Positions 18,258 to 28,341 of a stretch of 45,569 nucleotides of DNA are shown here, piece after piece (the first letter of the stretch is position 1; each line of letters begins with the position of its first letter). The translations under genes and the position numbers were made by a program. Origin of the DNA: a virus (Duplodnaviria; Caudoviricetes). The stretch is taken from the IMG/VR virus record IMGVR_UViG_3300027640_000003, positions 1 to 45,569 of that record. One strand, 5' to 3'. The notes under the pieces are model-generated. The model was given only the letters and a program-made list of their open reading frames with translations, was not told where the DNA came from and did no database searches.

Positions 18258-20779
18258 TTTTCTTGCGACGTTTCGTAGGACGATCGTGCATCACCTTGCG
18301 CGTCGCCGGCCATGTCGACATACTCACCGCCTTGGTAGTAATAGGACCGAACACCGCTGACCATGTGATTGACCTTCGTCAAAAAGGGTGTAAATCGGTG
18401 TAGCTCGCGACCGAACCCGCGACTCGACAGTGGTCGAAAACCGTTGTCAGAACACCACCGCTTGTACCGATCGAACAGCTCTGCGACCTGAATAAACCCG
18501 GTTTTTTCTTCCTGAATATGTTCGCGAATAAATTGCAGGGCGGGATTATTTTCTAGCCGATAGTCGTCGATGGCTTTTTCTGACTGCTTAGAATTGGAAA
18601 ATCTTCCTTGTTCGCGAAGTCGCGCGAGCCCTTGAATGGCCCACAACAGAATCCCTGGGAGCTCTCCAGACTGCTCCCACCACCAACACTTGTCCATGTT
18701 CGGAATTCGCTTCTGCTCCGGCACCTGGATCGTCAGGGGAACCAGAATCATGCGGCGCCAGATCCCGTCTGACTTGTCGCTGAACCGCGGCCGGTTGTTG
18801 CAGCCGATCATCAACCTGGCCGTCGGGTAGGCCTCGATGGCATCAATGCCCTTCCGGTCGAACATCATCCGCTCACCGGCCGTGAAGGACTTCAGATTGC
18901 CTTCTGATTGCTTCTCGATCTCGCCGGCGTCTGGGGCGATGTTGGCGAGCTTCCCGAGGGTTTGTGTCTTGGAGAATCGATCACCGAAGACTTCCAGGGG
19001 AACGTGGGCCACGTTATCGACCCCGAGCATGGCCTCGAGCGCCGCGAAGTAGACCGATTTTCCGTTAGCGCCCTCGCCCTCGAGGACCAAAAAACGTTGC
19101 TGGCCAGTATCTGGGAGCAGGCAGTACCCCGCCCACTCCTGGAGGATGGCTATCCGCTCCGGATCCCCTTCCAGGTTGTATTGCAGGAAGGCGTTCCACT
19201 TGGGGCATTTCGCAAGCGGATCGAAGCGATAGGGGAGACGGATTGTCGAGAACCAGGCCGGCGAATGCGGAATCATCACGTCGTCCGAATCGGCCAGAAG
19301 GGAATCGACGTCGAGAATCCCGTTCTCCATGGCAACGTAGTTGCGCCGCTCTCGGATTCCGGCCTGGTCATCCAGCCACGTGCCCAGCTCGATATGGGAG
19401 GGAACGACGGTCATTCCCTTGGTTGCGTCCAGGACGTTGGAAACGATCGTCTTGGTCACCTTGCGCGCCGTTTTGACGTCCTTCTTTGAATTCGCCTGTT
19501 CGTCGATGTTCAGGCGGTCGAATTCTGTCTTGATCGCCATATTGAGCTTTGCGATCAGCTCACCCTTGGGGATCTTCCTGTACCGGTTACCCTTCCAGAT
19601 GTACCACTCGTCCCGCCAGAACTTAATCGTCGCTCCATTATTGGCGGCCGCATATCGAGCTAGATTCATGCGGGCGAGCTTGTGAGGATCATCGTCGGCC
19701 TCGATCGCCGTCGCGTTTGAACCGGCTTCCTGGCTGACGACAACCGGCTCCACCTGGTCAGCCAGCTGCTCAAGGTCCTCAAACGTGTGTCCCTCGTTGA
19801 GCCAGTCCCTAACGTCCTTTCCATGGTCCGGGACAATTGGGTAGGGAAGCAGGACATTGCGTGATTCTTCGGCCGTCGATGCCAAACACGGCGCCCATCC
19901 AGGACGCTGGCGGCCGTCCTCCTCGCCAACGAACATGGCTCCGTCCTGCCCTGGGCGATCGGCGTCGTGGATCACTCGGGCGTGCTTTCCGGTTGCCAGA
20001 TCGACAATCCACTTCTTCGGCCGCTCCTTGGCGCCGTTGCTGTTGGTCACCGCAACATGGCCGTCCGGCAGGATGCCATGGACTGCCAGTGCATCGGTCG
20101 GCCCCTCGAGCTTCCAGAGCGTCTCTGCCGCTGCGATCTGCTCGATGGGCCCGACCAGCCCGGATTCCGAGCCGAATGTCACTTTGACCTTGACCCACTC
20201 AACCTTTTTTCCCTTGTCCGCATACTTCGGCAGCGTGCGGCCGTTGAGTGGGTACAGGATCCAGCCGACTGGATCCGCCTGATTGAGCAACTCGGCCCAG
20301 ATTGGGATGGCGATCACCTGCCATTGATCGCGGTAGGTCGCGAGTCGCCCCCCGAATTGCCTCACGGCCTCCGGAATGATCGGTGGCTTGTTCATGCACC
20401 ACAGGGCAATCAGAGCCTCATTCCATTCGTGAAACTTCAGGTGTTCGGCAGGATCCGTCTTTTTCTTTTTCCCACGCCCATCTTTCTCCGGTTTGATTCC
20501 GAGGTATTCGGCGACTCGCTTCAGCACCTGGCCGAAGTCCTCGCCGGTCATCCACTGGAGGACTGCGAATCCGTCGCCGTTCTTCGCGGTGAAGCACTGG
20601 TTACAAATCGCGCCGCCGGATCCATCATCGAACGCGCGGAAGCGATCGGTGCCACCACACTTCGGGCAGGGATGGTGCTTACCGTCCACGATTGCTGGAT
20701 CAACTCCGGCCAGCGTGGCGATGATCTCGCGCCACCTGGTTGCCGCGGCGTCGCGAACTGTCTGGATGTCGTATCCCAT
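18224..20779 (-). CDS. P4-family primase-helicase (Zn-binding domain, TOPRIM, D5-like SF3 helicase)
   Basis: HHPCPKCGGTDRF...CNQC, LEGPTD, HDADRPG, GKDVRDW, Walker A GEGANGKS and DGIWRR. Confidence 0.93.
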   Translation of the reverse strand: MGYDIQTVRDAAATRWREIIATLAGVDPAIVDGKHHPCPKCGGTDRFRAFDDGSGGAICNQCFTAKNGDGFAVLQWMTGEDFGQVLKRVAEYLGIKPEKDGRGKKKKTDPAEHLKFHEWNEALIALWCMNKPPIIPEAVRQFGGRLATYRDQWQVIAIPIWAELLNQADPVGWILYPLNGRTLPKYADKGKKVEWVKVKVTFGSESGLVGPIEQIAAAETLWKLEGPTDALAVHGILPDGHVAVTNSNGAKERPKKWIVDLATGKHARVIHDADRPGQDGAMFVGEEDGRQRPGWAPCLASTAEESRNVLLPYPIVPDHGKDVRDWLNEGHTFEDLEQLADQVEPVVVSQEAGSNATAIEADDDPHKLARMNLARYAAANNGATIKFWRDEWYIWKGNRYRKIPKGELIAKLNMAIKTEFDRLNIDEQANSKKDVKTARKVTKTIVSNVLDATKGMTVVPSHIELGTWLDDQAGIRERRNYVAMENGILDVDSLLADSDDVMIPHSPAWFSTIRLPYRFDPLAKCPKWNAFLQYNLEGDPERIAILQEWAGYCLLPDTGQQRFLVLEGEGANGKSVYFAALEAMLGVDNVAHVPLEVFGDRFSKTQTLGKLANIAPDAGEIEKQSEGNLKSFTAGERMMFDRKGIDAIEAYPTARLMIGCNNRPRFSDKSDGIWRRMILVPLTIQVPEQKRIPNMDKCWWWEQSGELPGILLWAIQGLARLREQGRFSNSKQSEKAIDDYRLENNPALQFIREHIQEEKTGFIQVAELFDRYKRWCSDNGFRPLSSRGFGRELHRFTPFLTKVNHMVSGVRSYYYQGGEYVDMAGDAQGDARSSYETSQEKGVKGVKGVMF

Positions 20780-20828
20780 CCTTGCCAGAGTCCTTTCCGA
20801 GATTCCTGTAGTGCGTTACTGGATTTTG

Positions 20829-21497
20829 CTACGGGACGACCGGCATGATCATGCCTTCGATTCCAATGTCGCTGCGGTACAGGATCGGATTGCTTTTTCC
20901 ATGGCCACCCGAACACCATAGGACGCCGGGAATCGCTCGCAGTCGATCATCGAACTTGGCGGCGATCAGCTTGTCTCCATAGACTTGGAGTGATCTGTAG
21001 TTGCCATAAGGCACACCCCGGCAGACCGGGCAGGCGCCGTTGCTTAACGTGCCAATGTCATTGCAGTGGTCGCAGTAGATTCCCTCACCATCACATTTGG
21101 GGCATGTGATGAGCGACCCATCAGATGAACACTTGGGACATGATGAACATTTGTCTGGATGCTCGACTCGATTGATAATTGGCAGCCTGTGCCAACCACC
21201 ATGTTCGTGCCACAGCGAATCAAATGTGCCGATAACGTCCGGCAGCCGCCTCTTGGCGTCCAGGTTCGTGTCGTCCTCGCTGGTGTGGATGCGAGCGATC
21301 GCTCGCGAGTCAGTTCCGTACGCCTGGCCCTCCACGACAAACGGGAGATCAAGCTGATAACGCACCGAGTCATAGTGATCACCTACCCACTGCCCGACCA
21401 TGTGGTGCAGGTCGTACCCTGGCCGCAGTCGCAGCGTCGGAACCATCACGCCAGCTGCCAGCGCTGACATGCCTCTCAGAAACGTTCGTCGGTCCAT
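20829..21497 (-). CDS. Zinc-finger protein with a twin-arginine-like N-terminus
   Basis: Start reassigned to ATG 21497 (GGGAGG RBS). Begins MDRRTFLRGMSALAAG and carries CPKC, CPKCDGEG, CDHC and CPVCRG. Confidence 0.7.
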   Translation of the reverse strand: MDRRTFLRGMSALAAGVMVPTLRLRPGYDLHHMVGQWVGDHYDSVRYQLDLPFVVEGQAYGTDSRAIARIHTSEDDTNLDAKRRLPDVIGTFDSLWHEHGGWHRLPIINRVEHPDKCSSCPKCSSDGSLITCPKCDGEGIYCDHCNDIGTLSNGACPVCRGVPYGNYRSLQVYGDKLIAAKFDDRLRAIPGVLWCSGGHGKSNPILYRSDIGIEGMIMPVVP

Positions 21498-21588
21498 GTC
21501 GATCCTCCCAGTCACAATTGCCGCCGGCGAATGGCTCCATCCGAACAGGCCGCTCCCCGGCTTGAATGCGGCCTTTAGGTCCCAGATG

Positions 21589-21813
21589 TCACTCGCCATG
21601 CAGTAGCTCCGAGATCCGCATCCGATACGGTTGCGGGATGTTCAACAGTACTGCCGGATCGTCCAAGTACTCGGCGATTGCCTGCAGCCGCTCGAGTTTT
21701 GTCTGCAACTCGCGCATCAGTTCCGGGCCGTTACTCAGCCGAGGGTGGTCGATCCAGTGCCGCATTCTGGCCAGTAGGTCGGCGGATTCCGAGGTTCTGA
21801 TGACGTCTGTCAT
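21589..21813 (-). CDS. Hypothetical protein
   Basis: 74 aa with a GGAG RBS. Confidence 0.55.
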   Translation of the reverse strand: MTDVIRTSESADLLARMRHWIDHPRLSNGPELMRELQTKLERLQAIAEYLDDPAVLLNIPQPYRMRISELLHGE

Positions 21814-21843
21814 TGTCTAGCTCCAATTCAACTGGCATGACAG

Positions 21844-22641
21844 TCACAGCTCAGCCAGGATTGCTTCTGCTTCCTTTTCCTTCTTGCCGTGCTTCCTCCA
21901 AAACCGCTCTAGGAAGCGGAACGTCGAAATCTCGGCTTCCCGGCGCGATCCCGCGAAATACCAAGGGACATGATGATCTTGCATGAGTGCGAGAATCGAG
22001 CGGTGCAGCTGTTTCGCGACCAGGCGATGTTCCCGCTTACGGCGGTCATTTTGCTTCGCCAGGACCTGGGGAATCGTCCCTTCGACAACGATCATCGCCG
22101 AATCAACAGCCGCCAGGTTGGCGAGCTCCTGTTCGAACCGCTCGCGGCCGCCAGTTTGGAAGTCGAGCAACGTGCCCTGGCAATCGTCGATCGACTTGCG
22201 TTCGACGTGGCAGCGGCCAAGGAAACCATCGATCGAATAATCACCCAGCTGGTTAGGGTGCCTGCCGAGCGATCGCCATTCAGTGCGGACGATGATCGGC
22301 CTGTATTGCTGGTCTGCGTCCGACTTGATCCCCACGAACGAGAACGGTTGTTGCTCGTTGGAATCGATCAGGACCGTGAACGGGCACACAACCGCTTCGT
22401 CTTCTTCCTCCGTGATCTGCTGGACGATCCGGGCCCGCTTGGCATGCTCCATCCAGAAGTCAGGAGTCCGATCGTTGCGCAGCGTGACGCCGTGGCCCGC
22501 CAGGTACAGCCGGATATGGTCAAGCGTCACACGACCGACCCCCGGCAGCTTCAGCACCTGGTCGGGCTCGAGCTGCGACCAGTCGTCGAATGTCCAGATC
22601 CCGTAATAGTCGCGGATCCGTTGGATCTTCGAATCGAGCAT
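21844..22641 (-). CDS. ERCC4 (XPF/Hef-type) nuclease with an N-terminal HhH/alphaCTD-like domain; probable resolvase
   Basis: LIDSNEQ, GDYSI, VERKSIDD and IVVEG (ERCC4 motifs); N-terminal LKLPGVGRVTLDHI. Confidence 0.85.
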   Translation of the reverse strand: MLDSKIQRIRDYYGIWTFDDWSQLEPDQVLKLPGVGRVTLDHIRLYLAGHGVTLRNDRTPDFWMEHAKRARIVQQITEEEDEAVVCPFTVLIDSNEQQPFSFVGIKSDADQQYRPIIVRTEWRSLGRHPNQLGDYSIDGFLGRCHVERKSIDDCQGTLLDFQTGGRERFEQELANLAAVDSAMIVVEGTIPQVLAKQNDRRKREHRLVAKQLHRSILALMQDHHVPWYFAGSRREAEISTFRFLERFWRKHGKKEKEAEAILAEL

Positions 22642-22649
22642 TTTCTTTT

Positions 22650-22931
22650 TTAGGCCTTGGGTGGCGTCAGGATTTCGAATTCACATGGGACAACGGTCAG
22701 GGAGAATCGCACATTCCCGTGATCGTCACATTCGTGAACGGTGTAGATGCTCTCATCGAATACGACAGACTTTCCGATTCCAAAACAGTTTTTTAGCTGC
22801 CGCCCCAACTCGCCGTCAGCATTTATGAAATTCGCCTCTGCTACCCCCAGCGATTTACGAGCCGTCTCGAGCTGCAGTAATCGTTCGCGACGGCTTTGGA
22901 TCGCGTTAATGACCTTCTGTCTGTTGTCCAT
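22650..22931 (-). CDS. Hypothetical protein
   Basis: 93 aa with a GGAG RBS. Confidence 0.6.
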   Translation of the reverse strand: MDNRQKVINAIQSRRERLLQLETARKSLGVAEANFINADGELGRQLKNCFGIGKSVVFDESIYTVHECDDHGNVRFSLTVVPCEFEILTPPKA

Positions 22932-23030
22932 GACTCACTCCGTTTGACAATTGGAAACGCCCTGATGGCCTACCAGGGGATCTCGGCCAGCAGGATCGAC
23001 GGAAACTGAGCCCCTGATCCGTTCTGGTGT

Positions 23031-23714
23031 CTACATGTCGTCCAGCAGCTCGTCTGCTTCGTCTTCGTCCTGGTCCTCTTCCTCCTCGTCTTCGTCCTCG
23101 GAAACCACGCCCAGTGCTTCATCGTCGGACTCTTCCGTCTCGTCAGACTCGCCGTTCGTCTCGTCCACAACCTCGCCGAACTTATCCCGATTGTTCTGCA
23201 GCCAATCCAGGATCTGGTCCTCTATTTTCGTGACGGCCTTTTCCCCAAACCCCTTGATTGACTGGAGGCCCTTCTCGGCGCGAAAGTCCTCGAGCTGTCC
23301 CATCGTCAAAATGCCTTCGCCTTCGAGCTTGTCGAGTTGCGTGGCTGTCAGCCCGAGTGCGTCGACAACCTTGACCTCACGCCAGGCATTCGACTCCGCT
23401 TCCACCTGGTTGCTCTCGGCCACCTGGTCGGCCGGAGCCGATTGTTTGCCGTCCAGGTCGAGCTTGAGCTGATAATCCGGACCGCTGGCAATCAGGTTGC
23501 TCAGTCGCTTGCCGAGTTCGTCGCAGTACTTCTTCGCGCCGGACGTCTGGTCCTTCAGGATCTCCCATCGCTGATGAGCAGCGACGAACGACTTGTTGAG
23601 CTCTTTGATTTCCGAGTAGTGTTCCTCCTCTCGCTTCCTTACCGAGTTCTCAGCCTGGTTTAATTCCTGATCCTGGTCTTGCTCTTCCAGCACTGCTGTC
23701 TGTTCTTCCGTCAT
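23031..23714 (-). CDS. Coiled-coil plus HhH/alphaCTD-like domain with a long acidic tail
   Basis: Start reassigned to ATG 23714 (GAGG RBS). Contains LGLTATQLDKLEGEGILTMGQL...IKGFGEKAVTKI and a D/E-rich last ~45 aa. Confidence 0.7.
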   Translation of the reverse strand: MTEEQTAVLEEQDQDQELNQAENSVRKREEEHYSEIKELNKSFVAAHQRWEILKDQTSGAKKYCDELGKRLSNLIASGPDYQLKLDLDGKQSAPADQVAESNQVEAESNAWREVKVVDALGLTATQLDKLEGEGILTMGQLEDFRAEKGLQSIKGFGEKAVTKIEDQILDWLQNNRDKFGEVVDETNGESDETEESDDEALGVVSEDEDEEEEDQDEDEADELLDDM

Positions 23715-23724
23715 TCCGTTACCC

Positions 23725-26067
23725 TCACAGTTCAGCCAAAAGTCTGGCCGCTCGTTCGCGGGCGACCTGTTCAACCAAAAACGTTTTCCGTTCGTCCAAT
23801 TGCTGCCGCCGGCACGATTGGTACGCAACGTCCAGCTCACCAATCAGGTGACATTCGGTCCGTGCTCGTGAGATCGCTGTGTAAATCCATTCCCGGCTCA
23901 TGACCATCCGCGCGCCCGGGTATTTGTCGAGCACGACCGCCACGATCGGCCACTCCGATCCCTGCGACTTGTGGACGCTCAGCGCATAGCCCAAGTCCCA
24001 AGTGCAGCCAGTCGCCGGCGTCGATCCATCCCCATCCTTCTCGCCGGCGTCCTGGCTGCTGCTACGCGGTATCCGAATGATTCTGTCCGGGCTGGTGAGC
24101 TTGGCAGTTGTGTACGATGGACTGGCGTCGACCACTTCGGCGAGCTCGCCGTTGGCGACGTAGACGTCGCCCCGATCGTTCTGCTGGAGGTCCTCGTCAT
24201 CGTCGCCGAGCTCGACGGCCGGGAAAAACCCGTTGGCCGTGTTGACGATCTTGTCGCCCACCCGGAACGGTGAACCAGCAACGCCAGGTCGATGATTCAG
24301 GTTTTCCTGGAGTACCTTATTCAACGCACGTCTGGACACGGGCGATTTCGCGTTGACCGGCACGACGATCTGCGCGTCCCAAATAGGATTGAGCCCCAGT
24401 TTCCTCGCGTGAATGCACACCTCGAGGCATTGGCGAATCTGCAACTCCGGGCTACCACCTTCGCGGTGCACCAGGTTCCCGGCGCACTGGAACCGCTTCC
24501 CGGCCCGGATGTCCGCACACGCCTGGACGATGCCGCCATCGTTCCGCTTGATCTCGCTGAGCTCGCCATACGGCAGGCCGGCACGGATCAAGTCTCGGAG
24601 CGGTGCACCGTGGCCAACCGGCGGCAGTTGGCACACGTCGCCCACGAAAAGGATGTGGGTCCCCTGACCTCGAGCCGCCAGGAGCGATGACATCAGGTCG
24701 GTGTCGATCATGGACGACTCGTCCACGACCAGGTACCGGCATTTCAGCGGGTTGGCTTGGTTGTGCCGGAACGACCATCCGTTCTCGGAGGTCTCGACTC
24801 CCAGCGTGGAATGGATGGTTCTGGCTCGCTTGTTGATTTCATATCCGGCCATCGCCTCGCTGATCCGGACCGCCGCCTTGCCGGTCGGCGCCGCGATCGC
24901 GACCAGGTCGGTGTCGGCATCCTGGCAGATCGATTTGATCAGGGCCGCGGCGGTGAATGTCTTCCCGCAGCCAGGCCCACCACCGAACACCGCAATTGAC
25001 CCACGCAGTGCATGACCCAGCCGCTCCCGCTGGTGGTCGGAGATCTCGGCCAGGCTGTCGACGTCCGGCCAGGTGACCGGTTCCTCCTCAGCGTCTACGA
25101 CCTGGCGAGCGACGAACCGCTCATTCCGCGCGGCCTTCGCTTCAGCCAGAAACACACGATCGCCGTTCTCAACGATTCGCCCACTGCGGTCTGTGCTAAT
25201 TTGTTCGAGCATGCCGGCCCGAATTGCCAAGCGGACCGCGTCAGCATTTCGGACCACGCAAGTCCGGCCGATCATCGATTCTTGAATCCCCTGGTACGCG
25301 ACCGGGCGAGGGTACCAGGTGTGACCAATCGTGTCCGAGGCGATCGCGTACCAGGCACAGAGTGCCTGCCGCTTGAGTCGGTCCGGCGGGAGACCAAGCT
25401 CCAGGTACATCTTGTCGGTACCCTTGAAACCGCAGCCGCGAAACCGCATCAATGCATAAGGATTGCGTTCGATGATGTCCGCTGCCTGGTTCCCCCACAG
25501 TGCCATCGCCCGCCGGGCCGTCGACTTCGGGAAGCCACGTCGCTCAAGTAATCCCATGAGCTCGATTGAGCAGTGCTCAATCTGTGCTCGATCAGCCAGA
25601 ATGGATGCGACCACCTTGGCCGACTCGAGGGACAAACGCGGGACCGCAGCTGCCACGACCTCGGGCTTCTCGCGCAGCAGTTTGACCGCATCGGAGCCAA
25701 ACCGTTCCCAGATCGCCTTCGCGCTGGCCGGCCCGAGTCCGTTCCCCTTGCCGGCCTCCTTCAGATACGCGATAACGCCGGCACGACTGGCCGGCTCCGC
25801 TTCGACATAGGTGTCGAAGTGGAACTGCTGCTCGGTCTCACCGGTCCGCCGGTTCGTATAGCTCGACCAACGGCCGTAGAATCGATAGGTGCGGTGCAGG
25901 GCCAAGGGGCGAGATTCGTCGTCCGTGCCCTTAACGGCATACATCTTGAGCGGCTTGGGCTGCTGGCCGTCGACGTGCTCCACGTCGCCGATAACCACGT
26001 CTCCGTTGCCGTTGGCGAATCGGAACCGCTCGTTGTAGTACGTGGCCGTGATTTCGACGGTGGCCAT
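23725..26067 (-). CDS. RecD2-like SF1B helicase
   Basis: GGPGCGKT, APTGKAA, VVDESSM, GDVCQLPPV, HKSQGSE and YTAISRA motifs; N-terminal HhH region. Confidence 0.92.
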   Translation of the reverse strand: MATVEITATYYNERFRFANGNGDVVIGDVEHVDGQQPKPLKMYAVKGTDDESRPLALHRTYRFYGRWSSYTNRRTGETEQQFHFDTYVEAEPASRAGVIAYLKEAGKGNGLGPASAKAIWERFGSDAVKLLREKPEVVAAAVPRLSLESAKVVASILADRAQIEHCSIELMGLLERRGFPKSTARRAMALWGNQAADIIERNPYALMRFRGCGFKGTDKMYLELGLPPDRLKRQALCAWYAIASDTIGHTWYPRPVAYQGIQESMIGRTCVVRNADAVRLAIRAGMLEQISTDRSGRIVENGDRVFLAEAKAARNERFVARQVVDAEEEPVTWPDVDSLAEISDHQRERLGHALRGSIAVFGGGPGCGKTFTAAALIKSICQDADTDLVAIAAPTGKAAVRISEAMAGYEINKRARTIHSTLGVETSENGWSFRHNQANPLKCRYLVVDESSMIDTDLMSSLLAARGQGTHILFVGDVCQLPPVGHGAPLRDLIRAGLPYGELSEIKRNDGGIVQACADIRAGKRFQCAGNLVHREGGSPELQIRQCLEVCIHARKLGLNPIWDAQIVVPVNAKSPVSRRALNKVLQENLNHRPGVAGSPFRVGDKIVNTANGFFPAVELGDDDEDLQQNDRGDVYVANGELAEVVDASPSYTTAKLTSPDRIIRIPRSSSQDAGEKDGDGSTPATGCTWDLGYALSVHKSQGSEWPIVAVVLDKYPGARMVMSREWIYTAISRARTECHLIGELDVAYQSCRRQQLDERKTFLVEQVARERAARLLAEL

Positions 26068-26084
26068 TGATCAGATCCCCCCAG

Positions 26085-26128
26085 AAAAACCCGCCTGCCG
26101 CCCAGCAATACGAGGCACGGCAGACGGG
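26085..26128 (-). terminator. Probable intrinsic terminator between the SSB-like and RecD-like genes
   Basis: CCCGTCTGCCG...CGGCAGGCGGG stem followed by TTTTTCT on the minus strand. Confidence 0.6.
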
Positions 26129-26159
26129 CCGAAGAAAGGCCACAAGCCTTTCGCATTGC

Positions 26160-26792
26160 TTACAGGTCGTCCATGTCAACGCCGTTCGAGCCGTTTTCCT
26201 TCGGGGGGTCCTTGGCTTTTGTCGTGGCGTCATCCTCGCCGATCTTGAACGACTTCGGGTCTCGGCGATGGGCCGACGGGATCAAGGTGATTGCCTTTTC
26301 GTTACGCGGGAAGCCTGCGGCGCGAGGGTCGTCAATGTGGAATATGTCACCGTAGGCGAGCCGGATGTATTTCTTACCATCAGTGCCGGTCTGTTCTTCC
26401 AGTGTCGCGATAACCTGGCGCCCGCGCGCATCGGCGAGCTTTATCTCGATCCCAGATTTTCCGAGTTGCTCCTCCGTCATTAACCCGGAAGCGACGAAGA
26501 AGGCCGCCTGTTTTTGTCGGGCAAACATTCCCTCGTTTTTGTCAGTCAGCTTCGGGTTGTAAAACGTCAAGCTAATCGTCTTGTCTTTCTCAGTGAACTT
26601 TCCTTCACTGTCGCGAACGGTTCCTTCCATCGCCTGGAAATCGACGGTGAATCCGTCGACCAGCTTCTTGTCCTTCTTGCTGATCGGCTCCTCTTCGGTC
26701 GCCGTGATCGTCAGATGGTACGTACCTGGCTTGTCAATCCAGTTTCCACCGCCAGCTGGGAGCGAGTCTGGTGCATCAAATTTGATTGCCAT
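26160..26792 (-). CDS. Putative single-stranded DNA-binding protein (DUF669-like)
   Basis: Start ATG 26792. Contains KPGTYHLTI and an acidic end (DMDDL); directly follows the recombinase. Confidence 0.55.
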   Translation of the reverse strand: MAIKFDAPDSLPAGGGNWIDKPGTYHLTITATEEEPISKKDKKLVDGFTVDFQAMEGTVRDSEGKFTEKDKTISLTFYNPKLTDKNEGMFARQKQAAFFVASGLMTEEQLGKSGIEIKLADARGRQVIATLEEQTGTDGKKYIRLAYGDIFHIDDPRAAGFPRNEKAITLIPSAHRRDPKSFKIGEDDATTKAKDPPKENGSNGVDMDDL

Positions 26793-26962
26793 CGATAGAC
26801 CTTTCTTCGAGTGCCGTCGCGATTCGAATTGCATTGTCGACGCCGATCGACCAGGACGGCGGATAGCCGAGGACGTCGATTCCAGTGTGCCAAACTTCTG
26901 CCGCGCCGTAGCGGTCAACCAGGTTCACCAGGTGGACCGAGTCGGACAGCATGAGACCGTAA

Positions 26963-28153
26963 TCAAAAGGGCCCCTTCTGCAGGGACCTCGCAAAAAAGA
27001 GCTCGAGGTTCTTCGACTTGATCGACTCAAGCAGTGCGGTTCCATCCGCATGTGACAGATCCGCAAACTTGCCCTTGCCATGTGCCTGCAGATGAGCCTT
27101 TACGCGTTTGACGAGCTCGTAGTCACCAGTCATGAGCGTCTTGATCTGGTCGACCATGGCCTCCGTGATGGGCCCCGTCACGTCTGAGGACGTTACATCC
27201 TTCGGCAGGCGGGATTCTCCGGCTGTTTCCTCTGCCGCCGCCGCGACCTTCGCCTCGAGGATTCCGATCAATTCCGCGGTCTGGTCGCTCGAGAGTTGCC
27301 GGAACGATTTCGCACCGCGTTTCTGTAATGCCTTTTTGACCTGGTCTTCGGTCGCGCCCAGCGAATCGAACAATTGCCGGAGTCGGGACCGTTGTTCCGC
27401 TGTCGACCCTCCCACCAGGTCGGCCTCAGCCTCGGGACCCGCCTCCGACTTAACTTCCGCCGACGGTTCATCCTTTTCCGGCGGATCGGGCACAACAACG
27501 AACTCCGCGTCGATCGGCTCCGATTCCGTTTCGTTGACCTGGCGGGCCTGCTCTCCTGCCGCCTTCGCCGCCGTGTCGCGAATCAATTGTTCAACGTCGA
27601 CGGGTTCTTTCGCCTTATCCTCCACCTGGTCGAAATCGACAACTTCCTCAGGTGTGTAAAACCCCGCGACGATTTCGGGCGCGATTGTATGCACTCCCTC
27701 GGAAACGACTCGCGCCCAGAGCATTTGACGGCGAGCCCGTGGAGTCGCCCAGTTGACCTTCAATCCCTTGCCGTCCTTCCGGTGCGGCCATGGCTCTCCC
27801 TTCGCCTCTTCCCAGCTGAGGGACTCGATTAGAACTTCGCCCTCATACTCGATTTGGATTTCCGCGCGTTCCGCAGTCCGTGCGATCACTTTGTGCTTTC
27901 CGCCCCGGTTCCTTAAATTCGCGAGCATCGCATCCGCCCTCATGGACAGATTGCCGTCGAAAATGTGGTACGTCCGCTTGATGGCAATGGGATTCTGCTT
28001 TTCCGCAAGGCACGCCATCGCGAGAACCTGGCCTTGTGCCTCGTTCTCGCAGCCGAACATTCTCGATTTCGCGATCATCGTTCCGAATCGCTCGACGAAT
28101 GCGATCGGATCTTGAACGTTGTCGTACACCGTTAACGCGTTTGCTGTTGTCAT
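26963..28153 (-). CDS. RecT-like single-strand annealing protein
   Basis: YHIFDGNLSMRADAM...RQMLWARVVSEG...APEIVAGFYTPEE pattern, acidic linker, replication-module context. Confidence 0.7.
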   Translation of the reverse strand: MTTANALTVYDNVQDPIAFVERFGTMIAKSRMFGCENEAQGQVLAMACLAEKQNPIAIKRTYHIFDGNLSMRADAMLANLRNRGGKHKVIARTAERAEIQIEYEGEVLIESLSWEEAKGEPWPHRKDGKGLKVNWATPRARRQMLWARVVSEGVHTIAPEIVAGFYTPEEVVDFDQVEDKAKEPVDVEQLIRDTAAKAAGEQARQVNETESEPIDAEFVVVPDPPEKDEPSAEVKSEAGPEAEADLVGGSTAEQRSRLRQLFDSLGATEDQVKKALQKRGAKSFRQLSSDQTAELIGILEAKVAAAAEETAGESRLPKDVTSSDVTGPITEAMVDQIKTLMTGDYELVKRVKAHLQAHGKGKFADLSHADGTALLESIKSKNLELFFARSLQKGPF

Positions 28154-28341
28154 AAGTCCCTCAGTAAGTCATTGGCCTTTCTTCGTTGATCGCGACGAAA
28201 CTGGATCGCCGCAAACATTTCCAAGTTCGTGATTGTGCGGCCTTGCCGTTCGAACCCGTCCAGCATCGGATCCGTTTCGACCTGGCGGCCGAGCTCGAGC
28301 AGCTCGAGTTCGCTGAGTGGTTCGGTGTTCTCGTGAATCAT
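28150..28341 (-). CDS. Hypothetical protein
   Basis: 63 aa, coupled to both neighbours by overlapping start/stop codons. Confidence 0.6.
   Translation of the reverse strand: MIHENTEPLSELELLELGRQVETDPMLDGFERQGRTITNLEMFAAIQFRRDQRRKANDLLRDL

Noticed and set aside
5490-28115. Long plus-strand ORFs such as 5490..6830, 10674..11819, 13064..13948, 16365..17393 and 19967..20848
   Set aside because: They are antisense shadows of well-supported minus-strand genes in high-GC DNA and show no motifs.
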